Assembly (NCBI GenBank): GCA_964549395.1
Contig: CAZJVY010000001.1
Span: 59,990-123,989 of the forward strand
Direction of reading: 5' to 3'
From: an uncultured Armatimonadia bacterium
GTDB taxonomy: Bacteria > Armatimonadota > Zipacnadia > Zipacnadales > UBA11051
DNA: 64,000 nt
The translations under genes were made by a program, and so were the position numbers. The notes under the pieces are model-generated. The model worked only from the letters and a program-made list of their open reading frames with translations, was not told where the DNA came from and did not search any database. This document shows, one piece after another, positions 49,230 to 59,185 of the stretch (the stretch's first letter is position 1; each line of letters begins with the position of its first letter).

Positions 49230-50654
49230 TTACTCGCGCTCAAAGCCGAGGCGCTGCAAGTGGCGCATGGCCTCCTGGGTTGTCATGCGTGTAATCTTCG
49301 CAGCACCGGCGGCGAGCAGTTCGGAGACCGTGCACAAGCGGAGGCCACGCTGACCAGCGCCGTCAATGATGAGCGGCAAGGCGTTGAAGCTCTCCATACT
49401 GCCCTGGTGCATGAGGACGATGCCGCCAGGCCGCAGGCCCTTAAGGGCATTAGCGGCGATGACCGACGGAGCAGGCTTGAGCCAGTCGTCAGCGTTGGTG
49501 GTCCACATAACCAGAGCGTGACCGGATACGGCGATGGCCTGGAGCCCCGGCTCGTTCAGTCTTCCCCCCGGAGGGCGGAAATAACGGGTGTTCACGCCCG
49601 TCAATCCGCCGAGGACGCGCTGACAGGTCGTAAGCTCGGCCAGCATTTGGGCGCTGTTGAGTTCATGGGCGCGGCGGTGGGAATACGAGTGGTTGGCTAT
49701 CTCATGTCCCTCGGCCACGATGCGGCGTACCAGCTCCGGGTACTCCTCTGCCTTCTCCGCTACGAGGAAGAAGGTGGCATGGACACCGCGATCCCGCAGG
49801 ACGGCGAGCATGAGGGGGGTAGTCAGAGGATGTGGACCATCGTCAATCGTGAGTGCGGCCATGCCGTGGCCGTCGTTGGTGCCCTCGAGAACGTCAATGC
49901 GTGCGCCGTTTGCCGCCGCCAACCGTGCCTGGGCCTCCGCGACATGTGCCTCCCAGTTGTCGAGCATGGGAGTGGTGTCGTAGACGGTTGGGGGTACCAT
50001 GCTGAGCAGATCGAGGCCGGCACAGCAGGCGTACTGGAGGTATGTCGGAGACAGCCTGACGAGGCCGAGGCCGGCCAGAGCGAGTGAGGAAGACCGGGGC
50101 TCGTCTGTAGCGCGGAAGAAATCCTGCCGCGTGGCATATGCCGAGAAGACCGGCAGGTGGTCGTAGTCATGGGTGCCATTAGCCGGCACAACGGCCCACA
50201 CGTCCACGGACTGCATCTGCGGGTCGAGTTGAAACGCGACTGACAGGGCAGTGACCGCGTCCTCCTGGAGGGCCTTGGCATCAAAGCGCCGGCCGTACTT
50301 GTCGCTTGCCTGGAGCTTGACGAGGCCCATCAGTTGGCCGTTGTAGGAGCCGACGGCTACCCTCATGATATCGTGGCGGAGGTTGACGGCCAGCAGCTCG
50401 CGGGCAAGTCGCCCTTCCCACTCGGGCGAGTAGCCTTTGATGATGCCGCCGTTGCCTTCCGTGAGGCTGCAGATTAGCTCCGGTGGCGGCTTGACTGCAG
50501 CGTGAGGGTAGAGCTGTGAAAGGCCCGTAGCATGGATGTGTGGTGCAATGTGGGACAGGGAGAGCAACGGATTGGTCGGGGCGGCGCTCTCCTCTGCATA
50601 GACCAACATGCCGACCAGAAAGACGGCGCACAATATGATGCAGACTATCTGCAC
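49230..50654 (-). CDS. Secreted polysaccharide deacetylase (CE4/NodB) with an unknown N-terminal domain
   Basis: LTIDDGP, HSYSH, YFRPPGG, IVLMH. The start is uncertain; GTG at 50654 gives a signal-peptide-like N-terminus. Confidence 0.85.
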   Translation of the reverse strand: MQIVCIILCAVFLVGMLVYAEESAAPTNPLLSLSHIAPHIHATGLSQLYPHAAVKPPPELICSLTEGNGGIIKGYSPEWEGRLARELLAVNLRHDIMRVAVGSYNGQLMGLVKLQASDKYGRRFDAKALQEDAVTALSVAFQLDPQMQSVDVWAVVPANGTHDYDHLPVFSAYATRQDFFRATDEPRSSSLALAGLGLVRLSPTYLQYACCAGLDLLSMVPPTVYDTTPMLDNWEAHVAEAQARLAAANGARIDVLEGTNDGHGMAALTIDDGPHPLTTPLMLAVLRDRGVHATFFLVAEKAEEYPELVRRIVAEGHEIANHSYSHRRAHELNSAQMLAELTTCQRVLGGLTGVNTRYFRPPGGRLNEPGLQAIAVSGHALVMWTTNADDWLKPAPSVIAANALKGLRPGGIVLMHQGSMESFNALPLIIDGAGQRGLRLCTVSELLAAGAAKITRMTTQEAMRHLQRLGFERE

Positions 50655-50759
50655 GCCGATCTGGTCTCTGGACGGCGGTAATGAAGTGGGTGATCGCCTC
50701 AATTGCTTCGTCGCTCGCTGCCCCGAAATGTGCGGTGTCTGAAGCTGATACTGCCTACA

Positions 50760-50788
50760 ATAATACGTCCTTTTCGTCGCGGTGACAA
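50760..50788 (-). promoter_or_regulatory. sigma70-type promoter for the deacetylase gene
   Basis: Minus strand TTGTCA-17 bp-TATTAT. Confidence 0.65.
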
Positions 50789-50902
50789 GTGCTGCTGCCG
50801 TGAATGGGAAGTTCATAGCGACGGTGGGGCAGCAAGGGATTGCGCAGGTGCCGCAGAAATGAAACCATTGCTGTGAGCAAGTTGGCTGGGAGGTGCTCAA
50901 GA

Positions 50903-51898
50903 TTGGACAAGTTGCGTTTCGGCATCATCGGAGCCGGCGGCATTGGCGGCAGCCATCTGCGGGTAATCGAGAAGCGTGACGACGCGGAGGTGGCTGTCGT
51001 TTGTGATACGTCCGAGGATGTGCGCGATAGGTTTGCGGCGGAGGGCTATGCGGTTACGGCGGAATGGTCGGAAGTGATCGCCGGCGACATTGATGCGGTA
51101 GTCGTGGCCCTGCCGCACTACCTGTATCCTGAGGTCGTTTCCGCCGCGCTTGCTGCGGGGAAGCACGTGCTACAGGAGAAGCCGTTCGCCCACAACCTGG
51201 CTGCCGCACGTCAGACCGTGACGGCGGCGGAACGGAGTGAGGCCGTGCTCATGGTCGGCGGGCAAAGCAAGTACCAGGCCGGCTTCCAGCGGGCGAAGGA
51301 GGTGGCCGAGACAGGCGTGCTGGGCGACGTCTTCATGATTCGCGGCGTCATCACCTATCGGTGGGGGAATGCCTTCGCCGGCAAGTGGTCGTGGCGAGGT
51401 CGTAGGGAGCTGTCCGGGGGGACAGCGATCATTGACTCGGGCTGGCATATCCTGGAGCTGATGAACTGGTTCAGCGGAGTCCCGCAGGCGGTCTATGCGA
51501 CCACGGGCCACGGCAACGCGCTGCCGGGTGACTATGATGTTGACGACCGCGCGGTGATGGCGATGGAGTATGAGAATGGCGCAATAGGCGTGGCGACCAT
51601 ATCGTTCATTTGTCTCCCTGGAGAGCGCACGCTCACACTTCACGGGACCGAGGGCTCGATGCAGATCAGCGACAACGAGGTGCGGCTGCACACCGGTCCG
51701 CAGAAGGATGCGGAGGTCATTACGTTGGCGGCAGCGGAGGACTCGCTGGGGCCGCAGATGGGCCGCTTCATCGAGCTTGTGCGGACCGGTGGCGACGGGA
51801 TGCCGGGCGTGTTGGCGGCGCTGGACGTGCAACGCGTTATCGAGGCGGCATACATGTCCGCCGCCGGCGGGAAGCGCGTGATGCTGGAGGAAGTGTGA
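50903..51898 (+). CDS. Gfo/Idh/MocA-family oxidoreductase
   Basis: GIIGAGGIG, HVLQEKP, GG..IDSGWH; TTG start after GGAGGT. Confidence 0.92.
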   Translation: MDKLRFGIIGAGGIGGSHLRVIEKRDDAEVAVVCDTSEDVRDRFAAEGYAVTAEWSEVIAGDIDAVVVALPHYLYPEVVSAALAAGKHVLQEKPFAHNLAAARQTVTAAERSEAVLMVGGQSKYQAGFQRAKEVAETGVLGDVFMIRGVITYRWGNAFAGKWSWRGRRELSGGTAIIDSGWHILELMNWFSGVPQAVYATTGHGNALPGDYDVDDRAVMAMEYENGAIGVATISFICLPGERTLTLHGTEGSMQISDNEVRLHTGPQKDAEVITLAAAEDSLGPQMGRFIELVRTGGDGMPGVLAALDVQRVIEAAYMSAAGGKRVMLEEV

Positions 51899-51934
51899 CC
51901 CGCTACCCCTCGGTCTTGCTGGGTGGTTTGCGGC

Positions 51935-52999
51935 CTACATCGGCGTGAAATCGGTCGTGTCGTCTATCCGGGTCAGGGCCTCGGCAATCATCCTGGCTGC
52001 ATTCTCCAGGTCGCAAAGCGCAACTATCTCGCATGGGCCGTGCATGTAGCGGTTCGGGATGCTGACGAGTGCAGCCGCGACACCCGCGCGGTTGATCTGG
52101 ATCGCATTGGCGTCCGTGCCGGTTCCGCGCGGCTCCGGGTCGGTCTGATACGGCAGCTTGCGCGCCTCGGCTGACTTGACGAGGATGTCCCGCAGCGCCG
52201 GGTTGATGTTCGGGCCTCGTGCAATCGTGGGGCCCTTGCGGACGACAATCTTGCCCGTGCGCTTCTCGTCCACTCCCGGGTAATCGGTGGCATGGGTGAC
52301 GTCAACGGCGATGCCGGCGTGTGGGTCGATTCCGAAGGCGCTGGTCCGTGCGCCGCGCAGACCGAGTTCCTCCTGGACCGTTGACACGGCATATACGGCG
52401 CACTTGAGCTTGCTTTTCGGTATGAGGCGCAGTGCCTCCATCGCGACGAAGACGCCAACCTTGTCATCACATCCCGGGGCGGCTATCAGGTCCTGTTGAA
52501 GCGGGGTGTAGTGCAGGTCGAAGGTGATGGGATCGCCGATTTCGACGAGCCTCTCCGCAGCCGCTTTGTCCTTGGCGCCGATGTCCACCCACAGGTCCTC
52601 GACCTCGAGCTTCTCTTTGGCACGGTCCTCGGCGGTCAGGAGGTGGATGGGCTTGCGGCCGATCACGCCTGCAATGGGCTTCTTCGCGGTGTGGACGGTG
52701 ACACGCTGGCTGAGCAACACCTTGGCGTCAATGCCGCCGATGGCCGCGATATGGAGCATGCCCGAGTCGGCGATGTACTGGACCATCAAGCCGACCTGGT
52801 CCACGTGACCGGCCAACATGACGCGCACCGGTGCTGCGGCGTTGCGGACGGCGATTACGTTGCCGTGGACATCGGTGCGGACATCATCGGCGAATTCGGC
52901 GGCGTATGCACGGACGATGCGTTGTGCCGGCTGCTCGAAGCCGGAAGGGCACGGTGTCATGACAAGTTGCTTGAAGAACTCCAGTGATTTGTCGCGCAT
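51935..52999 (-). CDS. M42-family metalloaminopeptidase (TET-like)
   Basis: PSGFE, AGHVDQVG, DDKVG, TVQEE.GLRGA, DVTHA, TD, RYMH. Confidence 0.92.
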   Translation of the reverse strand: MRDKSLEFFKQLVMTPCPSGFEQPAQRIVRAYAAEFADDVRTDVHGNVIAVRNAAAPVRVMLAGHVDQVGLMVQYIADSGMLHIAAIGGIDAKVLLSQRVTVHTAKKPIAGVIGRKPIHLLTAEDRAKEKLEVEDLWVDIGAKDKAAAERLVEIGDPITFDLHYTPLQQDLIAAPGCDDKVGVFVAMEALRLIPKSKLKCAVYAVSTVQEELGLRGARTSAFGIDPHAGIAVDVTHATDYPGVDEKRTGKIVVRKGPTIARGPNINPALRDILVKSAEARKLPYQTDPEPRGTGTDANAIQINRAGVAAALVSIPNRYMHGPCEIVALCDLENAARMIAEALTRIDDTTDFTPM

Positions 53000-53049
53000 T
53001 GCGTTCCTCCAGGTGAGACGGGTATTGTGCTGCTATCCGAGACGGCCGG

Positions 53050-54162
53050 CTACTGCTTCGCTTCGACCTCGATGTCGTCGAAGTAGACCTTCCCAACGCC
53101 GCCGCTGCGCAGGTAGACTACGAAGCCGGTGTTGTCCTCCTTCGCGGTAAACTCCCAGGAGAATAGGGCCCAGTCGTCCGCCTTCTTGAGGCCGGGCATA
53201 TTGCTGTACTGGTCCTGCTTGCCGGTCGCCTTGTTCTGGGCGATGATGGATGCGTACCCGCGGTCGGCGTCGGTCTTGTAGTACCCGGACAACACATAGG
53301 TTCTGCCCGGGATGAGGTCAACGGCCTGGCCGCAGACGATATTGAGGGATCCGGCTATGCCGTCAATCATGAGGCACTTGCCAGAGCGGCCGCCATCCAC
53401 GACCTTTATGTCGGCCTTGGTATTGGCATCGGAACTCCAGGTGCTGGATGACCAGTTGGTTGGCGCTCCGTTCTTGTCTGCAAGCTCGAAATCACCGTTG
53501 GCCAGCAGCGGAGCGGTGGTGAACTCCATCTGCAGGGTGGCGGTGTTGAAGCTGGGTGAGGCGTCGCAAACGGAGACGAAGACGGTGTGGGGCGCTTTGG
53601 GTAGATCCCCGATTGTGATGATGAGGTCCAGGTGCTTGCCGTCCGCGCTCTGGTCAAGCTTGACAGCGCCGCCGCACGCCTTTGGCTCGCGCCCGTCAAT
53701 TGAGATGGACGCTCTGCCAGGATGGATCGGGTTCTTCCTGTCACCAAGCGTCAGCATGATCGTCTTGGGGGTCTGCGATAGGTGGCCGAGCTTGACGACG
53801 GTGTCCGCGACGGTCACAGCGGAGCCGTCCATGCTAACGGCCTCGAACACTGGCGGGTCCTCATCGGGCAACTGGAGCCACTTGGGCTTGTTAAGGAGTA
53901 TGACCGTGGAAGCGAGGGCGTCCTCAGGCGGCGAGAATGAGACGGCAGTGCCGGACTTGTCCACCTTGAGCTGCTTCCATTCGCCCTGTGAAGTGCGATA
54001 GATGGGGGAGTTGACGGTAGGCCCGCCACTGATGGTTATCTTGACAGGGACGTTGGAGGTGACTCTGATCGGCTGGAGCGTGAAGTCATCGCCCGCAAGC
54101 GGGAACTGCGGGATAATCATCAAACATGCGCCGCACACGAACATCAAAGCGGTAGTTCTCAT
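53050..54162 (-). CDS. Secreted Ig-like + CBM-like (galactose-binding fold) protein, paralog A
   Basis: Signal peptide; KPKWLQLPDEDPP; PLLANGDFE...W...TYVLSGYYK...W..FSWE...YFDD (CBM4/9/16-like pattern). Confidence 0.75.
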   Translation of the reverse strand: MRTTALMFVCGACLMIIPQFPLAGDDFTLQPIRVTSNVPVKITISGGPTVNSPIYRTSQGEWKQLKVDKSGTAVSFSPPEDALASTVILLNKPKWLQLPDEDPPVFEAVSMDGSAVTVADTVVKLGHLSQTPKTIMLTLGDRKNPIHPGRASISIDGREPKACGGAVKLDQSADGKHLDLIITIGDLPKAPHTVFVSVCDASPSFNTATLQMEFTTAPLLANGDFELADKNGAPTNWSSSTWSSDANTKADIKVVDGGRSGKCLMIDGIAGSLNIVCGQAVDLIPGRTYVLSGYYKTDADRGYASIIAQNKATGKQDQYSNMPGLKKADDWALFSWEFTAKEDNTGFVVYLRSGGVGKVYFDDIEVEAKQ

Positions 54163-54218
54163 GAGCACTCATCCTCCGTATCACGGCCGGTTAGGGGCGT
54201 CTGCGCCGTGCAGCGGCG

Positions 54219-55322
54219 CTATTCCTTGAGTTCGAGCTTGACGTCATCGAAGTACACTTTGCCCTGCCCGCCGCTGCGCAGGTACAGTGTATAGGTCGGC
54301 GCACCCGCTTTGGGGACTATCTCCCAGGAGAACGGCGTCCACTCTTCGGCATGCTGCAGGGGCGGCATGCTATCGTACTGCTTGTCCTTGCCACCGCTGG
54401 CGATGAGAGAAGCGTGGCCGAGATTGCCCTCGTTCTTGTAGTAGCCGGAGAGCACATAGGTCTTCCCCTCCTCCAGCTCGACCTGCTGTCCCGCCACCAG
54501 ATTGAGGGGAGGCGAGATGCCCTGTATCATCAGGGCCTTGCCACTGCGCCCGCCGTCAACAATCTTGGCCTCGAACTTGGTCTCCGGCTTCTGATCCCAG
54601 GCGCCAACGACCCACTCCAGGGGGCCGCCGTTCTTGTCGGCTTGCTCGAATTCGCCGTTCTTCAGCAGAGGCGCGGTGCTGAACAGTAGCGTGAGGGCGG
54701 TGGCATTGGCTTCCGGCGAGGCGTCGGCGAGTGTCACGAGGACGCGGTAGGTGTCGAGGGGCAAATCGCCGGGCGCAATGATGATGTCGGCATGCTTGCC
54801 ATCCTTGCTCTGATCCGTCTTCACCATGCAGCCGAGTTCGGCTGCAGGTCGGCCATTGACGCTGACCGCAAGCCGACTGCAGGCCAGCGGGTTAGTCCTA
54901 TCGGCAACGGTAATCATGATGTTGCGCGGGGTGTCCTTGAAGCGGCCGAGGGCGACCTCGGTTCCGGTGGCATAGGCCGTGCCGTCAATGCTGATGGTCT
55001 CAACTACCGGCGCATCGGCGTCAGGCAGCGCCAGCCACTTGGGTTTGCGGAGTATGATGACGGTGGAGCCGAGAGTGTCCTGAGGCAAGGAGAAAGAAAC
55101 GGCAGTACCGGCTTTTGACGTCTTGAGGACCTTCCACTGGCCCTTTGCATCAAGGTACATCGGATTGTTGATGTCGTCTCCCGCAGGCATCCGGACTTCC
55201 AGAGCGGCGTTTGCCACGACGGCTATGGTCTGAAGCTGGTAGTCATCAGCCGCTGCCAATGTAGGCGATGCCATGGCGGCGGCAAGCGCCAGAACGAGAC
55301 ACATGTTGAGTATGATCCTCAT
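54219..55322 (-). CDS. Secreted Ig-like + CBM-like protein, paralog B
   Basis: Same architecture and motifs as paralog A over the full length. Confidence 0.75.
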   Translation of the reverse strand: MRIILNMCLVLALAAAMASPTLAAADDYQLQTIAVVANAALEVRMPAGDDINNPMYLDAKGQWKVLKTSKAGTAVSFSLPQDTLGSTVIILRKPKWLALPDADAPVVETISIDGTAYATGTEVALGRFKDTPRNIMITVADRTNPLACSRLAVSVNGRPAAELGCMVKTDQSKDGKHADIIIAPGDLPLDTYRVLVTLADASPEANATALTLLFSTAPLLKNGEFEQADKNGGPLEWVVGAWDQKPETKFEAKIVDGGRSGKALMIQGISPPLNLVAGQQVELEEGKTYVLSGYYKNEGNLGHASLIASGGKDKQYDSMPPLQHAEEWTPFSWEIVPKAGAPTYTLYLRSGGQGKVYFDDVKLELKE

Positions 55323-55335
55323 GCGCGTTCTCTCC

Positions 55336-56454
55336 CTACTGCTTCATCTCCAGCTTTACATCATCAAAGAACACAGTGCCCTTGGACGTGCTGCGCAGGT
55401 ATATGATGAAGTTCTTGTTGTCCTCCGCGGCAGTAATCTCCCACGAGAACGCCGTCCAGTCGGCGGCGGGCGGCAGGGATGAAGTGTTCGTGTACTGGGC
55501 CTTGGCACCGCCGACGCCCTTCCCGATAAGCGACGTATAGCCGCCGGTGCAGTCGTTCTTGTAATAGCCGGAAAAGACATAGGTGCGTCCGGGCACCAGG
55601 TCCACGTCCTGGCCGACGACCATGTTAAGACGGCCGCCGATGCCCACGAACTTCAGGGCGTTGCCGGTGCGGCCTGCGCCCTTGGCGACCGTCAGTTCGT
55701 ACTCGGTGGGGTCTCCCGAGTGCCAGGAGCCGAGAGACCAGTACTGGGGCTTTCCGTCGTCCTTGAGTGCCTCAAAGCCCCCATCGCGCAGCAGCGGGGC
55801 TGTGCTGAATGTAAGCTGCGCCGTCAGGAGGTTGCGGCGGGGAGAGGCGTCAGGCACCTGCAGAAGCACTTGGTGTTTGTCCTCGGGAAGGGCGCCCGGC
55901 GCGATGATGATGTCTACATGTTTGCCGTCGCGGCTCTGATCAACCTTCACAGCGCCTCCGTAGGAAGCCGGCGGCTTTCCGTTGATGAAGACACTGACGC
56001 GGTCGGCCGCAATGGGATTTGTGGCGTCGGCGACAGTGAACATGATGTTCGAGGGAGTCTGGCTAAGGTTGCCAGCGTTCATGTCTTCCGTCAGCTCCAC
56101 GGCCTGCGTGCCGATGCTGGCGGCCTGTATGAGCGGCGAATCCGTATCCGGCAAGGTGAGCCAATCCGGCTTGTTGAGGATGACAACCGTGCTGCCTACT
56201 GCATCGGCGGGGACGGAAAAGGAAATGCCGCCGCCGGCCGTGGCTACCTGCAAGGGCTTCCACTCACCGGCGGCGTTGACATACATCGGCCGGCTGAGCT
56301 TCTCCTTTGCGGGCACCGTTATGTCCACAGGCGCATTGGCGGTTATCTTGAATGCCTCGAAGGTGAAGTCAGCCCTTGCGCAAGGGCAATAGGTGGCTGC
56401 GGCAAAGGCGGCGACCACGAAGCAGACTACGGCAATCACACCTAGAGGACGCAT
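55336..56454 (-). CDS. Secreted Ig-like + CBM-like protein, paralog C
   Basis: Same architecture; ATG at 56454 with a GGAG RBS gives a signal peptide. Confidence 0.75.
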   Translation of the reverse strand: MRPLGVIAVVCFVVAAFAAATYCPCARADFTFEAFKITANAPVDITVPAKEKLSRPMYVNAAGEWKPLQVATAGGGISFSVPADAVGSTVVILNKPDWLTLPDTDSPLIQAASIGTQAVELTEDMNAGNLSQTPSNIMFTVADATNPIAADRVSVFINGKPPASYGGAVKVDQSRDGKHVDIIIAPGALPEDKHQVLLQVPDASPRRNLLTAQLTFSTAPLLRDGGFEALKDDGKPQYWSLGSWHSGDPTEYELTVAKGAGRTGNALKFVGIGGRLNMVVGQDVDLVPGRTYVFSGYYKNDCTGGYTSLIGKGVGGAKAQYTNTSSLPPAADWTAFSWEITAAEDNKNFIIYLRSTSKGTVFFDDVKLEMKQ

Positions 56455-56597
56455 CGGATCGGTCTCCTTCCCTCGGCTGGACCGGCAAGACAAACTGGCC
56501 GCGCCGAAGCGCTCAGCAGACATTTCGATGGGTGGCGCGTTGATACCTGCCAAAAGCAGCGGCTGGGACGAAAAACGGTGGGAACGACAGGTGAGCA

Positions 56598-58946
56598 TCA
56601 GCAGCGCAATCGCAGCGCGCAGAGCAGGAGCAGAGCACATGCCAGAACGCCACAGAGCAGGGCGGCTCCGGCAACACCGAACAGCGGCACGAGCAGCGCA
56701 CCGGCCAGCACAGCGCCGGAGCTGGCACCGAGCAGGTCAGCAGCGTACATCGCGGCGGCGACAGGCCCCCGGTTCTCCATCTGCCCGCCCGCCTCGGTCG
56801 CCAGCGGGAACTGGACACCGACCAGGAGACCAAGGAATAGTGACACGAAGAAGAAGCCGACTGTCAGCGACCAGGTGGTCTCGCCGGGCATGAGAACGCC
56901 AACGCCCTGGAGCAGCGGAGTGAAAACGAAGGCTGTTGCGGCCAGGACGCCGAGAGCCACGCACAAGTGCACGAGAGCGGCTCGTGCGCCGGGGTTACGA
57001 GCCACCAGGCGGCCCGCAAGCAGGCCGCCGGCCGCCAGCCCGACCATGAAAGCGCCGCTGAGGACGCCGATGAGGCTGTAAATGTGGCCGACGTACACCT
57101 GGAAGCCGTACAGGACGCCCAACTGCAGGACCATACCGATGAAGCCGGTGCCCGCGATTGCGATTGGCACAGCGAAGCGGCGCGCGCATCGAGAGACGCC
57201 GGCGAGGGCGACCAACAGGAGGCTGAAGGCAAAAGTCACGCCGAGTGCGAGTTGCCAGGAGATGCCGGCCGCCCATTCCAGCGCCCTAGCTCCGAGCGGA
57301 TGGAATTGGCGCATCGCGTATACCTGATTGTAGAAGTAGGCGATGGGGCGCAAGTCGGTATTGAGCGGCGAGCGCGGGAAGGCGTCGAGCTGTTGCCGCA
57401 CAAAGGCTATGTTCATGGGCTCCAGATGGTCGTAGATGACCGATTCCCAGAACGGGGCGCTGACGCCACGCTGGTGGAGGCGACGCAGTATCTCGTCGGG
57501 GTCCTCCGTGAAATACGCACTGTCCGGGCCTACAACGGCATAGAGGCTGTAGGTGGGCATGAGCACGGTGCAGTAGTTAGGAGCGACCTCGGCTGCGTCG
57601 AGGAGCGTGGTATCGAGGCGGAGTAGGTCGGCGCTGTAGTAGGTCTGAGTGCCGGGCAGTTGAAGACCGATGACCGTAGCAGGTGAGGCGGCTGCTACCT
57701 GCTGCAGGCAGTCACGGGTGTAGTAGCGGTTGAGCAGCGCAGTAAGCGGGGACGGAAGGGCAATGATGGCCGCATCCCACTTCGGGAGGTCGCCGCTATG
57801 GGCGCGACTGCGCAGATAGGAACGGAGGTCCTGTGGCCAGATGTGGGCCCTGTCAACAGGAATGGCCCCACGGTAGTCCTCATACACCCGCAGCAGGCCG
57901 GGATCAAGTTCGAAGTAGTCGAGAGACTCGATGTCGTACTTCAGGGCTTCGGCGACTGCACCCGTACCCAGGCCGCCGACCACCAGCACGCGACGCGGAT
58001 GCGGATGCTGGAGCATGGTGAAATGGACGAGGAATTGAGTATCGGGCATCGTTTCAGTATATGCAGCAGGTTCTCCATTGATGAAGAAGACCTTACCAGC
58101 TTCGCCATGTTTCGCTACGACGATGTTGCTTTGCAGTGTGTCCACATTGGCTATCAACTCATACCCGTGCCAGCGCACCGCGAGGGTGTAGTCATCGAGA
58201 AGGACCGCACCGTGCAGTAGCACCGGAGCAAGCAGGAGGATGGCGATGGCTGCGACACGCAGGGAGATGCGTTGTCTGGGTGGACTGAGCGCCCCACAGA
58301 CCGCAAGTGTCGCGAGGAGAGACAGCAAGCCGGCCGCCGTGACAGCCGTGTACGGGTCCAGGACGGTGGTGAGCAGATAGGCGGCGGCCGTGCCACCGAC
58401 GAGGTGCCCGGCCGCATCTATGGCATAGGACCTGGCGATAGGGGAAGGTCCGGCGCGCAGGCGGGCGTAGAGGGAGATTGCAGAACCGAACTGGGCCTCG
58501 ACAACGAATGCGGCAGGAAATGTGCCCACGACTGTGAGGAGGAGTACCTGCAGCAGACCGAACATCTCGCCGCGTCGCGCGGCCAGCATCACTGGTAGCT
58601 TTGGGAAGAGCTCGGGGCTGATGCGGATGAGGCCGATGGCGGCCAGCGAGGCCAGGAGCGAAAGACAGGTCAGAAGCAGCAGCCGAACCGCAGTCACGGC
58701 AGTGGCGCGGTCGGCCTTCGCCTGACGGCCCGCCCACCAGCAGCCGAGAGCGCCGCTGAAGAGCCACACGCCGAGGATGATGCCGACCGTCAACTCGCTG
58801 CCGGAACAGACGATCAGAAGCTGGCGGATGAGGACGACCTGTATGATGCCGCAGCAGAGGCCGATACAGAAGATGGCAAGATTTATCGGCCAGACGGCAG
58901 GGCTGCTGTCCTCGAACGGCGCATCCGTGGTCGGTTGCGGTGGCAT
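56598..58946 (-). CDS. Membrane-fused spermidine-synthase-like (class I SAM-fold) protein
   Basis: N- and C-terminal multi-TM blocks flanking VLVVGGLGTG..E..K....D.FELDP and the N.D.RP motif. Confidence 0.8.
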   Translation of the reverse strand: MPPQPTTDAPFEDSSPAVWPINLAIFCIGLCCGIIQVVLIRQLLIVCSGSELTVGIILGVWLFSGALGCWWAGRQAKADRATAVTAVRLLLLTCLSLLASLAAIGLIRISPELFPKLPVMLAARRGEMFGLLQVLLLTVVGTFPAAFVVEAQFGSAISLYARLRAGPSPIARSYAIDAAGHLVGGTAAAYLLTTVLDPYTAVTAAGLLSLLATLAVCGALSPPRQRISLRVAAIAILLLAPVLLHGAVLLDDYTLAVRWHGYELIANVDTLQSNIVVAKHGEAGKVFFINGEPAAYTETMPDTQFLVHFTMLQHPHPRRVLVVGGLGTGAVAEALKYDIESLDYFELDPGLLRVYEDYRGAIPVDRAHIWPQDLRSYLRSRAHSGDLPKWDAAIIALPSPLTALLNRYYTRDCLQQVAAASPATVIGLQLPGTQTYYSADLLRLDTTLLDAAEVAPNYCTVLMPTYSLYAVVGPDSAYFTEDPDEILRRLHQRGVSAPFWESVIYDHLEPMNIAFVRQQLDAFPRSPLNTDLRPIAYFYNQVYAMRQFHPLGARALEWAAGISWQLALGVTFAFSLLLVALAGVSRCARRFAVPIAIAGTGFIGMVLQLGVLYGFQVYVGHIYSLIGVLSGAFMVGLAAGGLLAGRLVARNPGARAALVHLCVALGVLAATAFVFTPLLQGVGVLMPGETTWSLTVGFFFVSLFLGLLVGVQFPLATEAGGQMENRGPVAAAMYAADLLGASSGAVLAGALLVPLFGVAGAALLCGVLACALLLLCALRLRC

Positions 58947-58991
58947 CTTACACCAACAGTAACGGCTCGGACCGGCATTCATTACGGAAAA

Positions 58992-59016
58992 CGGGGCCGC
59001 GGCATCCGCGGCCCCG
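58992..59016 (-). terminator. Intrinsic terminator downstream of tRNA-Ala
   Basis: CGGGGCCGCGG/CCGCGGCCCCG 11-bp stem followed by TTTT on the minus strand. Confidence 0.8.
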
Positions 59017-59024
59017 GCATTGTC

Positions 59025-59100
59025 TGGTGGACGGAAAGGGGTTCGAACCCTCGACCTCATCCGTGCGAGGGATGCGCTCTCCCAACTGAGCTATCCGCCC
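59025..59100 (-). tRNA. tRNA-Ala (anticodon CGC)
   Basis: Full cloverleaf: GGGCGGA/TCCGTCC acceptor with the G3:U70 alanine identity pair, D arm GCTC/GAGC, anticodon loop CTCGCAC, TTCGAAC T-loop, discriminator A, encoded CCA. Confidence 0.97.
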
Positions 59101-59111
59101 ACATCAGTGCC

Positions 59112-59140
59112 ATTTTAGCGGGAAACCGACATTCAGTCAA
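59112..59140 (-). promoter_or_regulatory. sigma70 promoter of tRNA-Ala
   Basis: Minus strand TTGACT-17 bp-TAAAAT. Confidence 0.85.
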
Positions 59141-59185
59141 CCCGGCCGGCCGTGGCGTGCCGGATACTGCGGGAACAACGGACGA

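Noticed and set aside
50700-50840. Inverted repeats (GCTGCCCC/GGGGCAGC, CGTCGC/GCGACG) suggesting an ncRNA
   Set aside because: The region contains the minus-strand promoter, the stems do not form a continuous structure, and short GC matches are expected by chance.
59025-59100. tRNA-Ala as attachment site of an integrated element
   Set aside because: No integrase and no second copy of the tRNA 3' end seen in the window.
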